Shown: positions 16,343-24,025 of the stretch, in pieces
Layout: every line of letters begins with the position of its first letter
How positions within the stretch are numbered: the first letter of the stretch is position 1
Origin: Polyangiales bacterium
Lineage (GTDB): Bacteria > Myxococcota_A > Polyangia > Polyangiales > Ga0077539
Direction: 5' to 3'
Length of the DNA stretch: 51,465 nt
Assembly: GCA_044376155.1 (NCBI GenBank)
Contig: JBILLI010000002.1
Coordinates: 1 to 51,465, forward strand
Translations under genes and position numbers: made by a program
Notes under the pieces: generated by a model
The model's database searches: none
What the model was told of the DNA's origin: nothing
What the model saw: the letters and a program-made list of their open reading frames with translations, nothing else

Positions 16343-17152
16343 TCAGTCGCGCGGCGCGCCCGCGGCGATCCAATCTGAGATCGCGAAGATCTCCTCGGGC
16401 GACAGCCTCGCGCCCGGTGGCATCACCGCGCCCCGCATCGGCCCATCGCCGATCAGCTTGTAGATCAGGTAGCTGTACTCGGGCCTGCCCTGCATCGGCG
16501 CGTCGCCCGGGTCGATGATCAGCAGCGCGCCCCAGCGAGGATCGGTGTAGTCGGGCAGCGTTCGCCCGTTGGCGGTCTCGCGCGCCACCCGCCCCACCGC
16601 CGTGCGAAAGAGCGCGTCGGCGTCGCGCAGGTCGAGGCCCATGGCGGGCGCGTTGCCGCTGTGACACCCCGACGTGGCGCAACGCGCTGCGAGCAGGGGC
16701 GCGACGGTGCGGCGGAGCGAGGGGGTGTCCGCGGGCGGCGGGGTGTAGCGGCCCTCGGGCACGAAGGGGACCTCGACCGGGGTGGCGAGCGGCGCGCCGT
16801 CCCAGGCGCGAAGCCCTTCAGACACGCGAAAGACGTAGCGGAGGCCCGGGCGCAGGTCGGGCGCGTTGGGCACGAAGCGCACCTCGCGGCGCGCCGGGTC
16901 GAAGCGCACGCCGCCGTAGACCGAGAAGGGCCCCGAGGTGATCCGCACGTTCGCGCGCTGCACCGTGGAGGGCGCGAGCAGGCGGTCAACGGAGAAGCGC
17001 AGCGGCGCGCCCGGTGGGTGCCGACTGACGCCCCCGTCGAGGGGTGCAGGGTCGAGGCGCGTGATGTGGAGGGGAGCGAGGGATTCGGAGGGGAGCGGCG
17101 CGCCGAGGTCACAGCCCGCAGCGCCGAGCGCGACGATCAGGAGTCGGCGTAC
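16343..17152 (-). CDS. Putative lipoprotein with an Ig-like N-terminal domain and a planctomycete-cytochrome-c-like (PSCyt1-like) C-terminal domain. The start is unresolved.
   Basis: High GC3 coding signal begins exactly at ..RRLLIVALGAAGC (signal peptide plus lipobox). The C-terminus, APLLAARCATSGCHSG...MPPGARLSPEEIFAISDWIAAGAP, resembles the PSCyt1 layout. The codon where a start is expected (17152-17150) is GTA. The listed 365-aa ORF (ATG 17440) has low GC3 upstream of 17152. Confidence 0.55.
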   Translation of the reverse strand, partial: VRRLLIVALGAAGCDLGAPLPSESLAPLHITRLDPAPLDGGVSRHPPGAPLRFSVDRLLAPSTVQRANVRITSGPFSVYGGVRFDPARREVRFVPNAPDLRPGLRYVFRVSEGLRAWDGAPLATPVEVPFVPEGRYTPPPADTPSLRRTVAPLLAARCATSGCHSGNAPAMGLDLRDADALFRTAVGRVARETANGRTLPDYTDPRWGALLIIDPGDAPMQGRPEYSYLIYKLIGDGPMRGAVMPPGARLSPEEIFAISDWIAAGAPRD

Positions 17153-17391
17153 TGCACGATCTCGTCGCGGATCACCTGGTCGGTGATGCCCTGGGTGATC
17201 TGCGGCTTCAGCACGTCCGCGAGGGTCAACAGCAGGTCGTCGACCCCACCGTCGTCGTTCAGCTTGCGGAGGAGCAGGCGCGCGTCGTGGCTGTCGTCCT
17301 TGCGGAGGAACTCCCGCATCGTGTCCAGGTCGATCCCTCCCTGGAAATCGATCTGGATGTTGTCGAGCAGATAACGAACAAGTTCCTTCAC
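17137..17391 (-). CDS. Small acidic hypothetical protein (84 aa).
   Basis: The GTG start at 17391 is preceded by AGGAG 7 nt upstream. GC3 is strong in this frame, and the amino-acid composition is balanced (MKELVRYLLDNIQIDFQGGIDLDTMREFL...). I recognise no family. Confidence 0.7.
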   Translation of the reverse strand: MKELVRYLLDNIQIDFQGGIDLDTMREFLRKDDSHDARLLLRKLNDDGGVDDLLLTLADVLKPQITQGITDQVIRDEIVQYADS

Positions 17392-17469
17392 GACGATACT
17401 CCTGCCGAGGTTGCCACCTGTTTGAGAGGTCGGTCCTCATAGCGCCAACGATCCGGGGATCGCAAGGTG

Positions 17470-17517
17470 AAAATCCGTTGCGGACGCTGGGCGACGCGCC
17501 GTGCCGTGGTGCGTCGC
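17470..17517 (-). terminator. Two stem-loops followed by a UUUU run downstream of the beta-propeller/HEAT gene; candidate intrinsic terminator.
   Basis: The minus-strand RNA reads GCGACGCACC-acggcac-GGCGCGUCGC (9 of 10 pairs), then GUCCG-caa-CGGAU followed by UUU. This starts 9 nt after the stop at 17526. Confidence 0.35.
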
Positions 17518-17525
17518 GGAGAGGC

Positions 17526-20126
17526 TCACTCCTCCCACCAGGGGCGCTGCCCCGCCGCAGGGGGCGTGCCCGTGGGCGGTGTGCCCGTGGGCGGTGTGCC
17601 CGTGGGCGGTGCGCCTGTGGGTGGTGTGCCCGTGGGCGGTGTGCTCGGACGCACCGCGGGTGTGGTGCGCACGCCGGGGATCGGCGCCGGCGCCGGGGGC
17701 GGCGGGTTCTCCACCGCGAGCGTGGGCGCGGACACCAGCCACCAGGGGAGCTCCCGGCCCTGCGGATCGAGCCCGAGGCCCGCGTAGGTCTCGCCCTCGG
17801 CGCCCGAGGCCCGCGCGCCGCGGGTGTCGATCACCCGGCGGAACTCCTGTCGGAGCTCACGAAAGGCCGGGAACTCCATGGACTGCAGCGCGGCGTCCAT
17901 GCAGGTGCGCAGCTGCGGGTCGTTCGGGGCGTAGGTCGAGAGGCGGATCTGCGCGTGCTGCGCCGCGAGCTGCTGCTGCTGCGCCTGCGCCCACGCGAGG
18001 GACTCGTCCGCGGTGGCCCGGCGGCGCGTGCCGTCCTGCGCGGTGACCTCGCGCGGCGGCGTCGCCTGGAGCAGCGGTCGCGGGACGTCCCCGCGGAGCG
18101 TCACCACCACGCGGATCTGGTTCAGCGCGGGGTTGCGCGTCACCGCGCCCTGCGCGCACTCACGGAGCGCGTCGAGGTGCGCGTTCCACACGCCGTCGAG
18201 GGCCTCGTCGCTGAGCTGCGCGGGGACCGCCGCCTGCGCCTCGCGGAGGTGGTTGAGCTCGGTCTGCAGCGCCTCCTGCCGCTCGCTCTCGGTGGCCTGC
18301 GAGGCGCGTGTCTGCGCGTCGGTGGCCGCCCGCGCGAAGAGCTCGTCGATGTGCGTGCGCGCCTCGGTGGGCACCGAGGTGTCTTGCGCCCGGGCGCGGA
18401 GCCACTCGTGCGCGGCCGCGTCGCCGTGACGAAAGATCGCGTCGTTGGCGGTGTTCAGCGCGACGGCGTTCTCGCCGCGAAAGGTCGTGTCGGCGCGGTA
18501 GAGCTGCACCCAGCGCTGCAGCGTGGGCACCGACGACGCCTCCCCCAGCGCACCGATCGCGGCGATCACGTCGGGCAGCGCGGCGATGGGGGTCTCGTGG
18601 TCGAGCAGGTGCGAGATCAGCCCCGGCACCGCCTCGCGCGCGCCCATGGCCACCAGCGTCGGGGCGATCACCTGCAGCGGGGGCGCCTGCCGACCTTCAA
18701 GGTAGTCGTAGTGCTCCTGCAAGGCCTGGATCAGGAACGACGCGCCGTTGCGGCGCGCCTGCAGCGCCGAGGCGATGCGCTGCTTGAGCTGCACCGGGAT
18801 CGAGCGCTGGGTGTAGAGGTCGAGCAGGTCGTGGGTGACGTTCTCGTCCTCGATGCGCGCGAGCATCCCGACGAGGTACGCGCGAAACGGCACGAGGCGG
18901 TTGTCGGCGTCGCGCACCATCGCCACGAGCTGCTCGCGCACCGAGCCCTCCGGCGCGGTCCCCCCGGCGGGGACCGTGAGGCCCGCGGCCGAGAGGTTCA
19001 CCGCGCCGAGGCTCGCGCCGAGCTCGGCCACGGTCGACACCGCGCCCGTCGAGAGCTCCAGCCCGCGGACCTTGCCCGTGGCCGACACCACGAAGACCCC
19101 CGCGGCGGTCACCGTGAGCGACTCGATGTCCTCCTCCACGCGCTGCGCCCAGCGCACGGCGCCCGAGGCGGCGTCGACCGCGACGATGTCGTGGTAGTAC
19201 CCGAGCACCACCGTGTCGCCCTGCAGCGCGACGTGGCTCCCCTCGCCCGGCCGCGTGGCGAAGCCGAACTGGATCTTGTCGCGCGCCGTGCGCGAGCCGG
19301 TGTTCGCGAGGAATCCATCGCGGAAGATCAGCGGGTCACCCGGCACGCCCTCGAGCGGGTTCGCGAGAAAGGCGCTGCCCGCGCGGGTGCCCGCGGCGCT
19401 CTCGGCGCCGAAGCGATAGATCCCGCGGCCGCCGTAGTAGATCCCGTCGGGGAACGACGCGACCCACGAGAGCACGTCGTCGGTTGAGCGCACGCGCGCC
19501 TGCTCGACGCCCGTCTCGAGGTCGAGCACCGCGATGCTCTGGCGGTCCCAGGGGATGAACGCGAGGCCTGCGCGCGCGGCGGGGCGACCGACGAGGCCGC
19601 CGACGTCGTGCGACCAGCGCGTCGCGCCCGTGCGCGCGTCGAGGGCCACGACCCGCCCCGCGCGACGGGTGCCGCCCGTGAGCCCCGAGGCGGCGCAGAG
19701 CACCAGGGTGTCGCCGTCGCGTGACGCGCCCACGAGGTCGAGCCCGGTGTGCTCCCAGCGCCCTCGCGTCGCGCCCGTGGCGAGGTCAAGAATCACGGTC
19801 GTCGACCCGACCTCGACCACCACGGCGTCGCCCACGATCTCGGGCGTGCTCGACGCGGCCATGGGCTGCGTCCAGAGCGCGCGACGGGCGCCGACGTCGT
19901 AGAGCGCAACCGCGCGGGTGTCGCCCTGAATGACCGCGGCGAGGAGCCCCGTGCGGTCGGCGACGGGCGCCGTACCGCGCGCGAGGCGCTCCATCACGGT
20001 GGCGATCTTGGCGCGGTCGTTGTCGCCGAAGCGCGACGAGAAGGCCGTCGACACGCGAATGGGCGGCATGCACGACGCCGCGAGCAGGGGCAGCGCAAGG
20101 AGCGCCGTGCGAAGGGAACGGTTCAC
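17526..20126 (-). CDS. Large lipoprotein with a PQQ/BamB-like beta-propeller, HEAT-like repeats, a coiled coil, a TonB-C/AgmX-PglI-like C-terminal region and a Pro-rich tail.
   Basis: The GTG at 20126 has the RBS GGGAGG 6 nt upstream and overlaps the upstream stop (GTGA). The signal and lipobox are NRSLRTALLALPLLAASC. There are repeated ..D..TG...W.. blades (VVALDARTGATRWSHD, IVAVDAASGAVRWAQ). The HEAT-like stretch is AREAVPGLISHLLDHETPIAALPDVIAAIGALGEASSVPTL. The assignment of the C-terminal domain is tentative. Confidence 0.7.
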   Translation of the reverse strand: MNRSLRTALLALPLLAASCMPPIRVSTAFSSRFGDNDRAKIATVMERLARGTAPVADRTGLLAAVIQGDTRAVALYDVGARRALWTQPMAASSTPEIVGDAVVVEVGSTTVILDLATGATRGRWEHTGLDLVGASRDGDTLVLCAASGLTGGTRRAGRVVALDARTGATRWSHDVGGLVGRPAARAGLAFIPWDRQSIAVLDLETGVEQARVRSTDDVLSWVASFPDGIYYGGRGIYRFGAESAAGTRAGSAFLANPLEGVPGDPLIFRDGFLANTGSRTARDKIQFGFATRPGEGSHVALQGDTVVLGYYHDIVAVDAASGAVRWAQRVEEDIESLTVTAAGVFVVSATGKVRGLELSTGAVSTVAELGASLGAVNLSAAGLTVPAGGTAPEGSVREQLVAMVRDADNRLVPFRAYLVGMLARIEDENVTHDLLDLYTQRSIPVQLKQRIASALQARRNGASFLIQALQEHYDYLEGRQAPPLQVIAPTLVAMGAREAVPGLISHLLDHETPIAALPDVIAAIGALGEASSVPTLQRWVQLYRADTTFRGENAVALNTANDAIFRHGDAAAHEWLRARAQDTSVPTEARTHIDELFARAATDAQTRASQATESERQEALQTELNHLREAQAAVPAQLSDEALDGVWNAHLDALRECAQGAVTRNPALNQIRVVVTLRGDVPRPLLQATPPREVTAQDGTRRRATADESLAWAQAQQQQLAAQHAQIRLSTYAPNDPQLRTCMDAALQSMEFPAFRELRQEFRRVIDTRGARASGAEGETYAGLGLDPQGRELPWWLVSAPTLAVENPPPPAPAPIPGVRTTPAVRPSTPPTGTPPTGAPPTGTPPTGTPPTGTPPAAGQRPWWEE
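17566..17640 (-). repeat. Five tandem 15-bp units (GTGCCCGTGGGCGGT on the plus strand) encoding (PPTGT)n at the C-terminus of the lipoprotein.
   Basis: Units lie at 17566-17580, 17581-17595, 17596-17610, 17611-17625 (variant GCGCCTGTGGGTGGT) and 17626-17640. Confidence 0.9.
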
Positions 20127-20998
20127 TGCGCACCTCCCGACGCCGGGGCGTCGTCGTGGATCTGTCGAATGGCCAGCGACGCGCGCTGCCGCGCCCGCGA
20201 GCGGTCGTTGGGCGGGAGGCCCTGCACCCATCGCTGGAGAAAGTCCTTCACGGGGCGCGTGGGCGACCGCGACACGAGGGTCTCGACGATCGTGTGCCGG
20301 TTGTCGTCGGTGAGGTCACGGCGGGCCATGAAGGCCTCGAAGCCCGGAATGAGCACCGACAGCGGCATGCGGCCGATGGACTCCATCAAGCGCTGACACG
20401 CCGCCCAGTCGCCGAGACGACCGATCGACACGCTGGCCTCGGGCACGTTGCGGTCGAAGGCCCGCTGCAGCAGCGCCACGGAGCCCCGTGCGTTGATCTC
20501 TCCGAGGGCCGTCGCCGCCTCGCCGCGCACGTCGCCGCTGGAGTCTCGCAGCGCGCTCTCCAACAACGGCGGCACCCTCGGGTCGCGGCTGCGTTGAAAC
20601 ACGTTCTTCAGCGACGCCACCGCGAGGCGACGCACCGCCGCGCGGCGGTGGTGCAGCAGCGTCGAGAGCGCGGGGATGCCCTCGGGGCGACCCACGAACC
20701 CGAGCTGCTCGACCACGTAGTCCAACAGGGCGTCGTCGACGCCCGAGTCGACGAGCTCCACCAGCGGCGGCACCACCTCGGGCGTGCCCAGGCGCGTGAG
20801 CGCCGCGACGCCCTCGCGCACCTCGTCGGCGCTGCTCGCGCGCAGCATCTGCACGGCGTCACGCAGGGGGATGACCCGGGCCGTGGGTGCGCCCGCGCGA
20901 GGCGCCCGCGGCTGGGCCCCGGCCGGTGCGGCGAATCCGCCGACGAGCGCGGCGGCGAGGAGCGCGAGGAGGGGACGGTGTGCAGGCATCGGGGGCAT
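20123..20998 (-). CDS. Secreted HEAT-repeat protein.
   Basis: 291 aa. The signal peptide is MPPMPAHRPLLALLAAALVGGFAAPAGAQ. HEAT-like repeats include EVREGVAALTRLGTPEVVPPLVELV, RRAAVRRLAVASLKNV and SGDVRGEAATALGEINARGSVALL. Confidence 0.72.
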   Translation of the reverse strand: MPPMPAHRPLLALLAAALVGGFAAPAGAQPRAPRAGAPTARVIPLRDAVQMLRASSADEVREGVAALTRLGTPEVVPPLVELVDSGVDDALLDYVVEQLGFVGRPEGIPALSTLLHHRRAAVRRLAVASLKNVFQRSRDPRVPPLLESALRDSSGDVRGEAATALGEINARGSVALLQRAFDRNVPEASVSIGRLGDWAACQRLMESIGRMPLSVLIPGFEAFMARRDLTDDNRHTIVETLVSRSPTRPVKDFLQRWVQGLPPNDRSRARQRASLAIRQIHDDAPASGGAQ

Positions 20999-21113
20999 CT
21001 CTCAGGGTTTGGCGACCCGCAGGCGCGACTCGGCGCACACACAGGCGACGCGCGCGTTCTATCCCGACGCCGCGCGAGCGATCAAGCCGCTGCGCCGGGG
21101 AGTGACCCGGCAG

Positions 21114-23801
21114 ATGTTTTGTCACCTCCCCGCCCGATGGCGTAGGAACTGCCCCCAACGGCCCATGCCCACGGACCCCGACGAGCTCCACGAACGCAGC
21201 GGCGGCGGCGCCCTGCTGCCCCTCCGCGCGGCCGCGCTGCTCACCGTGCTGAGCGCGACGGCGGCGGTTTCCCGGGCTCCGGGCGCGACCCTGGGCCGGG
21301 CGGTGGCCGAGCGGGGGGTGTTGCTCGACGCCACCAGCGTCCGTTGGCTCGACGGGCCGGGCCTGCGCGCGCGGCGGGTGCTCTTCCTCGGCCAGCGGGT
21401 CGACGGGGTGGCCGACCTGCACGTCGCCACCGTGCGCACCGCGCCCGGCGACCGACTCCTCGCCCTCTCGGACCTCTCGAACCTCACCCGCTCCCCCGAC
21501 GCCGCCGAAGCGCTGCTCTGCGCGAACGGCGAATGGGCCGCCTTCGCGACCCGCGTCGACGAGCGCTTCGTCGCCGTGACGCTGGTCCGTCTCGCGGGAG
21601 AATCCGCTGCGGCACAGGGGGTTTCGCTCGGGGAGCGGGTGCGCGAAGCGGTGTCGCGCTGGCAGCAGACCGGACGTCAGCAGGGATACGGCGTCGATCG
21701 CTTCGAGCTGCTCCGCCCCGCGAGCTCGCTCGACGTCGCGCTCACGGCGGAGGTGCTTCGCATCCGCGCCGACGGCGAGGTCACGGAGATCCGTCTCCGC
21801 GACGCGCGCGCGGTGCGGGGCGGCGAGCGGGTTCGACGGCAGCAGCGGCTCCCGGGCACCACGGGGTGGGTGACCTGGATGGTCGACACGATCCGCGCGG
21901 TGCCGTGGGTCGGGCCCACCCCCATCGCGTGGCTGGAGCACGTCGCCTTCGGCCTGCAGCACGAGGTCGCGCGGGCGCGCGTCAGCATCGGCACGGACCA
22001 CTCCCGCGACGAGGTCGCCGAAGACCTCGCGGACCTTCTTGGCGGTCAGAACGGCGCGGCGTTGGAGGGACGGGTGGAGTCCTGGCCGCCGCCGCCGATG
22101 CGCCCGCCCCTCACGGCGCCGCTGCCGCACGAGGGCGAGTGGATCGCCGCCGCCTCCGACGACCCCTTCGTCGCCCGCAACCCCGGCGCGCCGCCGGCGT
22201 TCTATCAGTCGTTCGTGCGCACCGACCGCGAGCGCCCCGACACCCGGGTCTATGTGACCCTCTGGGATCCCCGGCAGGTCTCCCTCCACGTGGTGCCGGG
22301 CTCGCAGGAGCCCATGGGCTCGACGGGGGAGACCGGCACCGGCACCGTGCCCCGCGACGCCGCGACGCTCACGCACCTCGCCGCGGGATTCAACGGCGGG
22401 TTTCAGGCGCTGCACGGCGAGTGGGGGGTCTACGCCGAGTCGACGCTCTTCCTGCCGCCGAAGCCCTGGGGCGCGACGATCTTCGCCCTCGACGACGGGC
22501 GCACCGGCTTCGGGTCATGGCCCGGCGACCGGGGTGAAATCCCGGGTCACGTCGCGGAGTTTCGCCAGAACCTCACATCCCTCGTGGAAGACGGGGTGTT
22601 CAACCCGTACCGCCGCACGTTCTGGGGCGGGAACGTGCCCGGCGCTCCCCCGGGGGAGTCGCACACGGCGCGCACGGGGCTCTGTCGCACCCGCGAAGAC
22701 GCCGTGGCGTTCTTCTGGGGGCGCGGTCTCACCGAGCGCAGCCTCGCCGACGCGATGCTCGCCGCGCGCTGCGACTACGGCGTGCACCTCGACATGAATG
22801 GCGCCAACACGGGCTTCGAGTTCCTGCGGGTGACTCCCCGCGAGGCGACCCCCCCGCTGCCCCGGCGCATCGCCACCGGGCACGAGTCCGAGGGTCCGGT
22901 CCCGTCGGCGCCGGCGTTCACCTACCGCGCGCGTCGCATGGTCCGCGGGATGGATGAGATGGGCTTTCCCCGGTACATCAAGCGCGACCCGCGGGACTTC
23001 TTCTACCTTCTGATGCGCTCGGTGCTCCCGGGCGATCCCGTCTCGCCGGCGGTATCGCCCGCGCAGGTCGGCGAGGGGCAATGGCGCGTGGCCGAGCTCT
23101 CCGACGCGCCCTTCCCCTGGCCCTTCGCGCGCGCCCGGCTGCGCCCCGACGCGTCGCAGCCCGAGCGCTGGGTGAACCTCTTGCGGGTCGACGCGCGCCG
23201 GGTCACCCCGAGGGCGTCGGCTGGTCCCGGATCCCTCGCGACGCTGCGCGACGTCGTCGCACCCTCCGGGCCGCGCGCGGGCATCGGGTGGCGGGTGGAG
23301 AACGGCGCCGCGCGCTGGGTGCCCGTCCCCCAGGACGCGCTCTTCTGGGGCGCGCCGCTCGGCCCCGACGCCGCCGTGACCCGGGGTGCCTGCATCGACA
23401 CCCACGGCTGGCTGGTGCTCGCGGTGGCCGACCGCGCGGCGTCAGGACTTCTGCCGCGTGCGCTCGACCGCGCGGGCTGCACGACCGCGAGGGTGGCGCT
23501 CCGGCCTGCGACCTCGCTCACCCGCGATGACACCCGGGACCTCCTCGGCGCGGCGGTCGACCCCGGGGCGACGGTGCAGGCGACCCTGCGGCTGCGGGAC
23601 GAGGCCGGCGCGGTGCGGGTCTTCCCCGAGGTGCTGCCGGTCCCGCAGCGGGTGTGGTGGGACGCGCAGCACCGGCGGGTGCGATACCGCCGGGACGAGA
23701 GCGGCGCAGTCCAGGTGCGCACGGTGGGTGGCAGCGTGAGCATGCCGTCATGGGGGGGGAGCCGCAGCGCGACGCCTGCCCCCGGTGCGCCCTCGCCGTG
23801 A
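21114..23801 (+). CDS. Large secreted or membrane-anchored protein with a phosphodiester-glycosidase (NAGPA/DUF2233)-like domain.
   Basis: It lies in ORF 20784..23801. The ATG at 21114 is the first start beyond the divergent gene; 21165 is an alternative. The hydrophobic N-terminus is LLPLRAAALLTVLSATAAVS. The central region, LAAGFNGGFQALHGEWGVYA...CDYGVHLDMNGANTGFEFL, resembles the NAGPA family. Confidence 0.55.
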   Translation: MFCHLPARWRRNCPQRPMPTDPDELHERSGGGALLPLRAAALLTVLSATAAVSRAPGATLGRAVAERGVLLDATSVRWLDGPGLRARRVLFLGQRVDGVADLHVATVRTAPGDRLLALSDLSNLTRSPDAAEALLCANGEWAAFATRVDERFVAVTLVRLAGESAAAQGVSLGERVREAVSRWQQTGRQQGYGVDRFELLRPASSLDVALTAEVLRIRADGEVTEIRLRDARAVRGGERVRRQQRLPGTTGWVTWMVDTIRAVPWVGPTPIAWLEHVAFGLQHEVARARVSIGTDHSRDEVAEDLADLLGGQNGAALEGRVESWPPPPMRPPLTAPLPHEGEWIAAASDDPFVARNPGAPPAFYQSFVRTDRERPDTRVYVTLWDPRQVSLHVVPGSQEPMGSTGETGTGTVPRDAATLTHLAAGFNGGFQALHGEWGVYAESTLFLPPKPWGATIFALDDGRTGFGSWPGDRGEIPGHVAEFRQNLTSLVEDGVFNPYRRTFWGGNVPGAPPGESHTARTGLCRTREDAVAFFWGRGLTERSLADAMLAARCDYGVHLDMNGANTGFEFLRVTPREATPPLPRRIATGHESEGPVPSAPAFTYRARRMVRGMDEMGFPRYIKRDPRDFFYLLMRSVLPGDPVSPAVSPAQVGEGQWRVAELSDAPFPWPFARARLRPDASQPERWVNLLRVDARRVTPRASAGPGSLATLRDVVAPSGPRAGIGWRVENGAARWVPVPQDALFWGAPLGPDAAVTRGACIDTHGWLVLAVADRAASGLLPRALDRAGCTTARVALRPATSLTRDDTRDLLGAAVDPGATVQATLRLRDEAGAVRVFPEVLPVPQRVWWDAQHRRVRYRRDESGAVQVRTVGGSVSMPSWGGSRSATPAPGAPSP

Positions 23802-23874
23802 CGGTCGTCGCCAACGACGCCGGGGTACGCGGGGTACCACGGTCGATGATCTCGACCCGCGTGACCTTCGGCCC

Positions 23875-23908
23875 CGCGCTTCGCGTCGTTGACGCGCTGC
23901 GAAGCGCG
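23875..23908 (+). terminator. GC-rich hairpin downstream of the glycosidase-like gene; possible terminator or regulatory element.
   Basis: CGCGCTTCGC (23875-23884) pairs perfectly with GCGAAGCGCG (23899-23908), with a 14-nt loop. There is no U-tract. Confidence 0.2.
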
Positions 23909-24025
23909 CGGGTAGAACGTGCGCCGCACGACGCCGGCGGTGTCGGTGAGGAGCTCCCCGATGGGTGGGAGGCGCTTCACCATCGTCGCGGGTCGCCGCG
24001 TTGATCGCTTGAGGAGTGACGGACG

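Noticed and set aside
16343-17440. Reading the listed 365-aa ORF as one protein starting at ATG 17440.
   Set aside because: Upstream of 17152 this frame has low GC3 and an Arg/Pro/Gly-rich translation. The overlapping 84-aa frame has high GC3, an RBS and a sensible sequence. A signal peptide 98 residues from the N-terminus is also implausible.
20999-21113. Weak sigma-54-like match TGGCGA-N5-AGGC at 21009-21023 upstream of the glycosidase-like gene.
   Set aside because: Only the GG/GC dinucleotides match and the rest deviates from consensus. It is 90-140 bp from the candidate start codons and no activator gene is adjacent.
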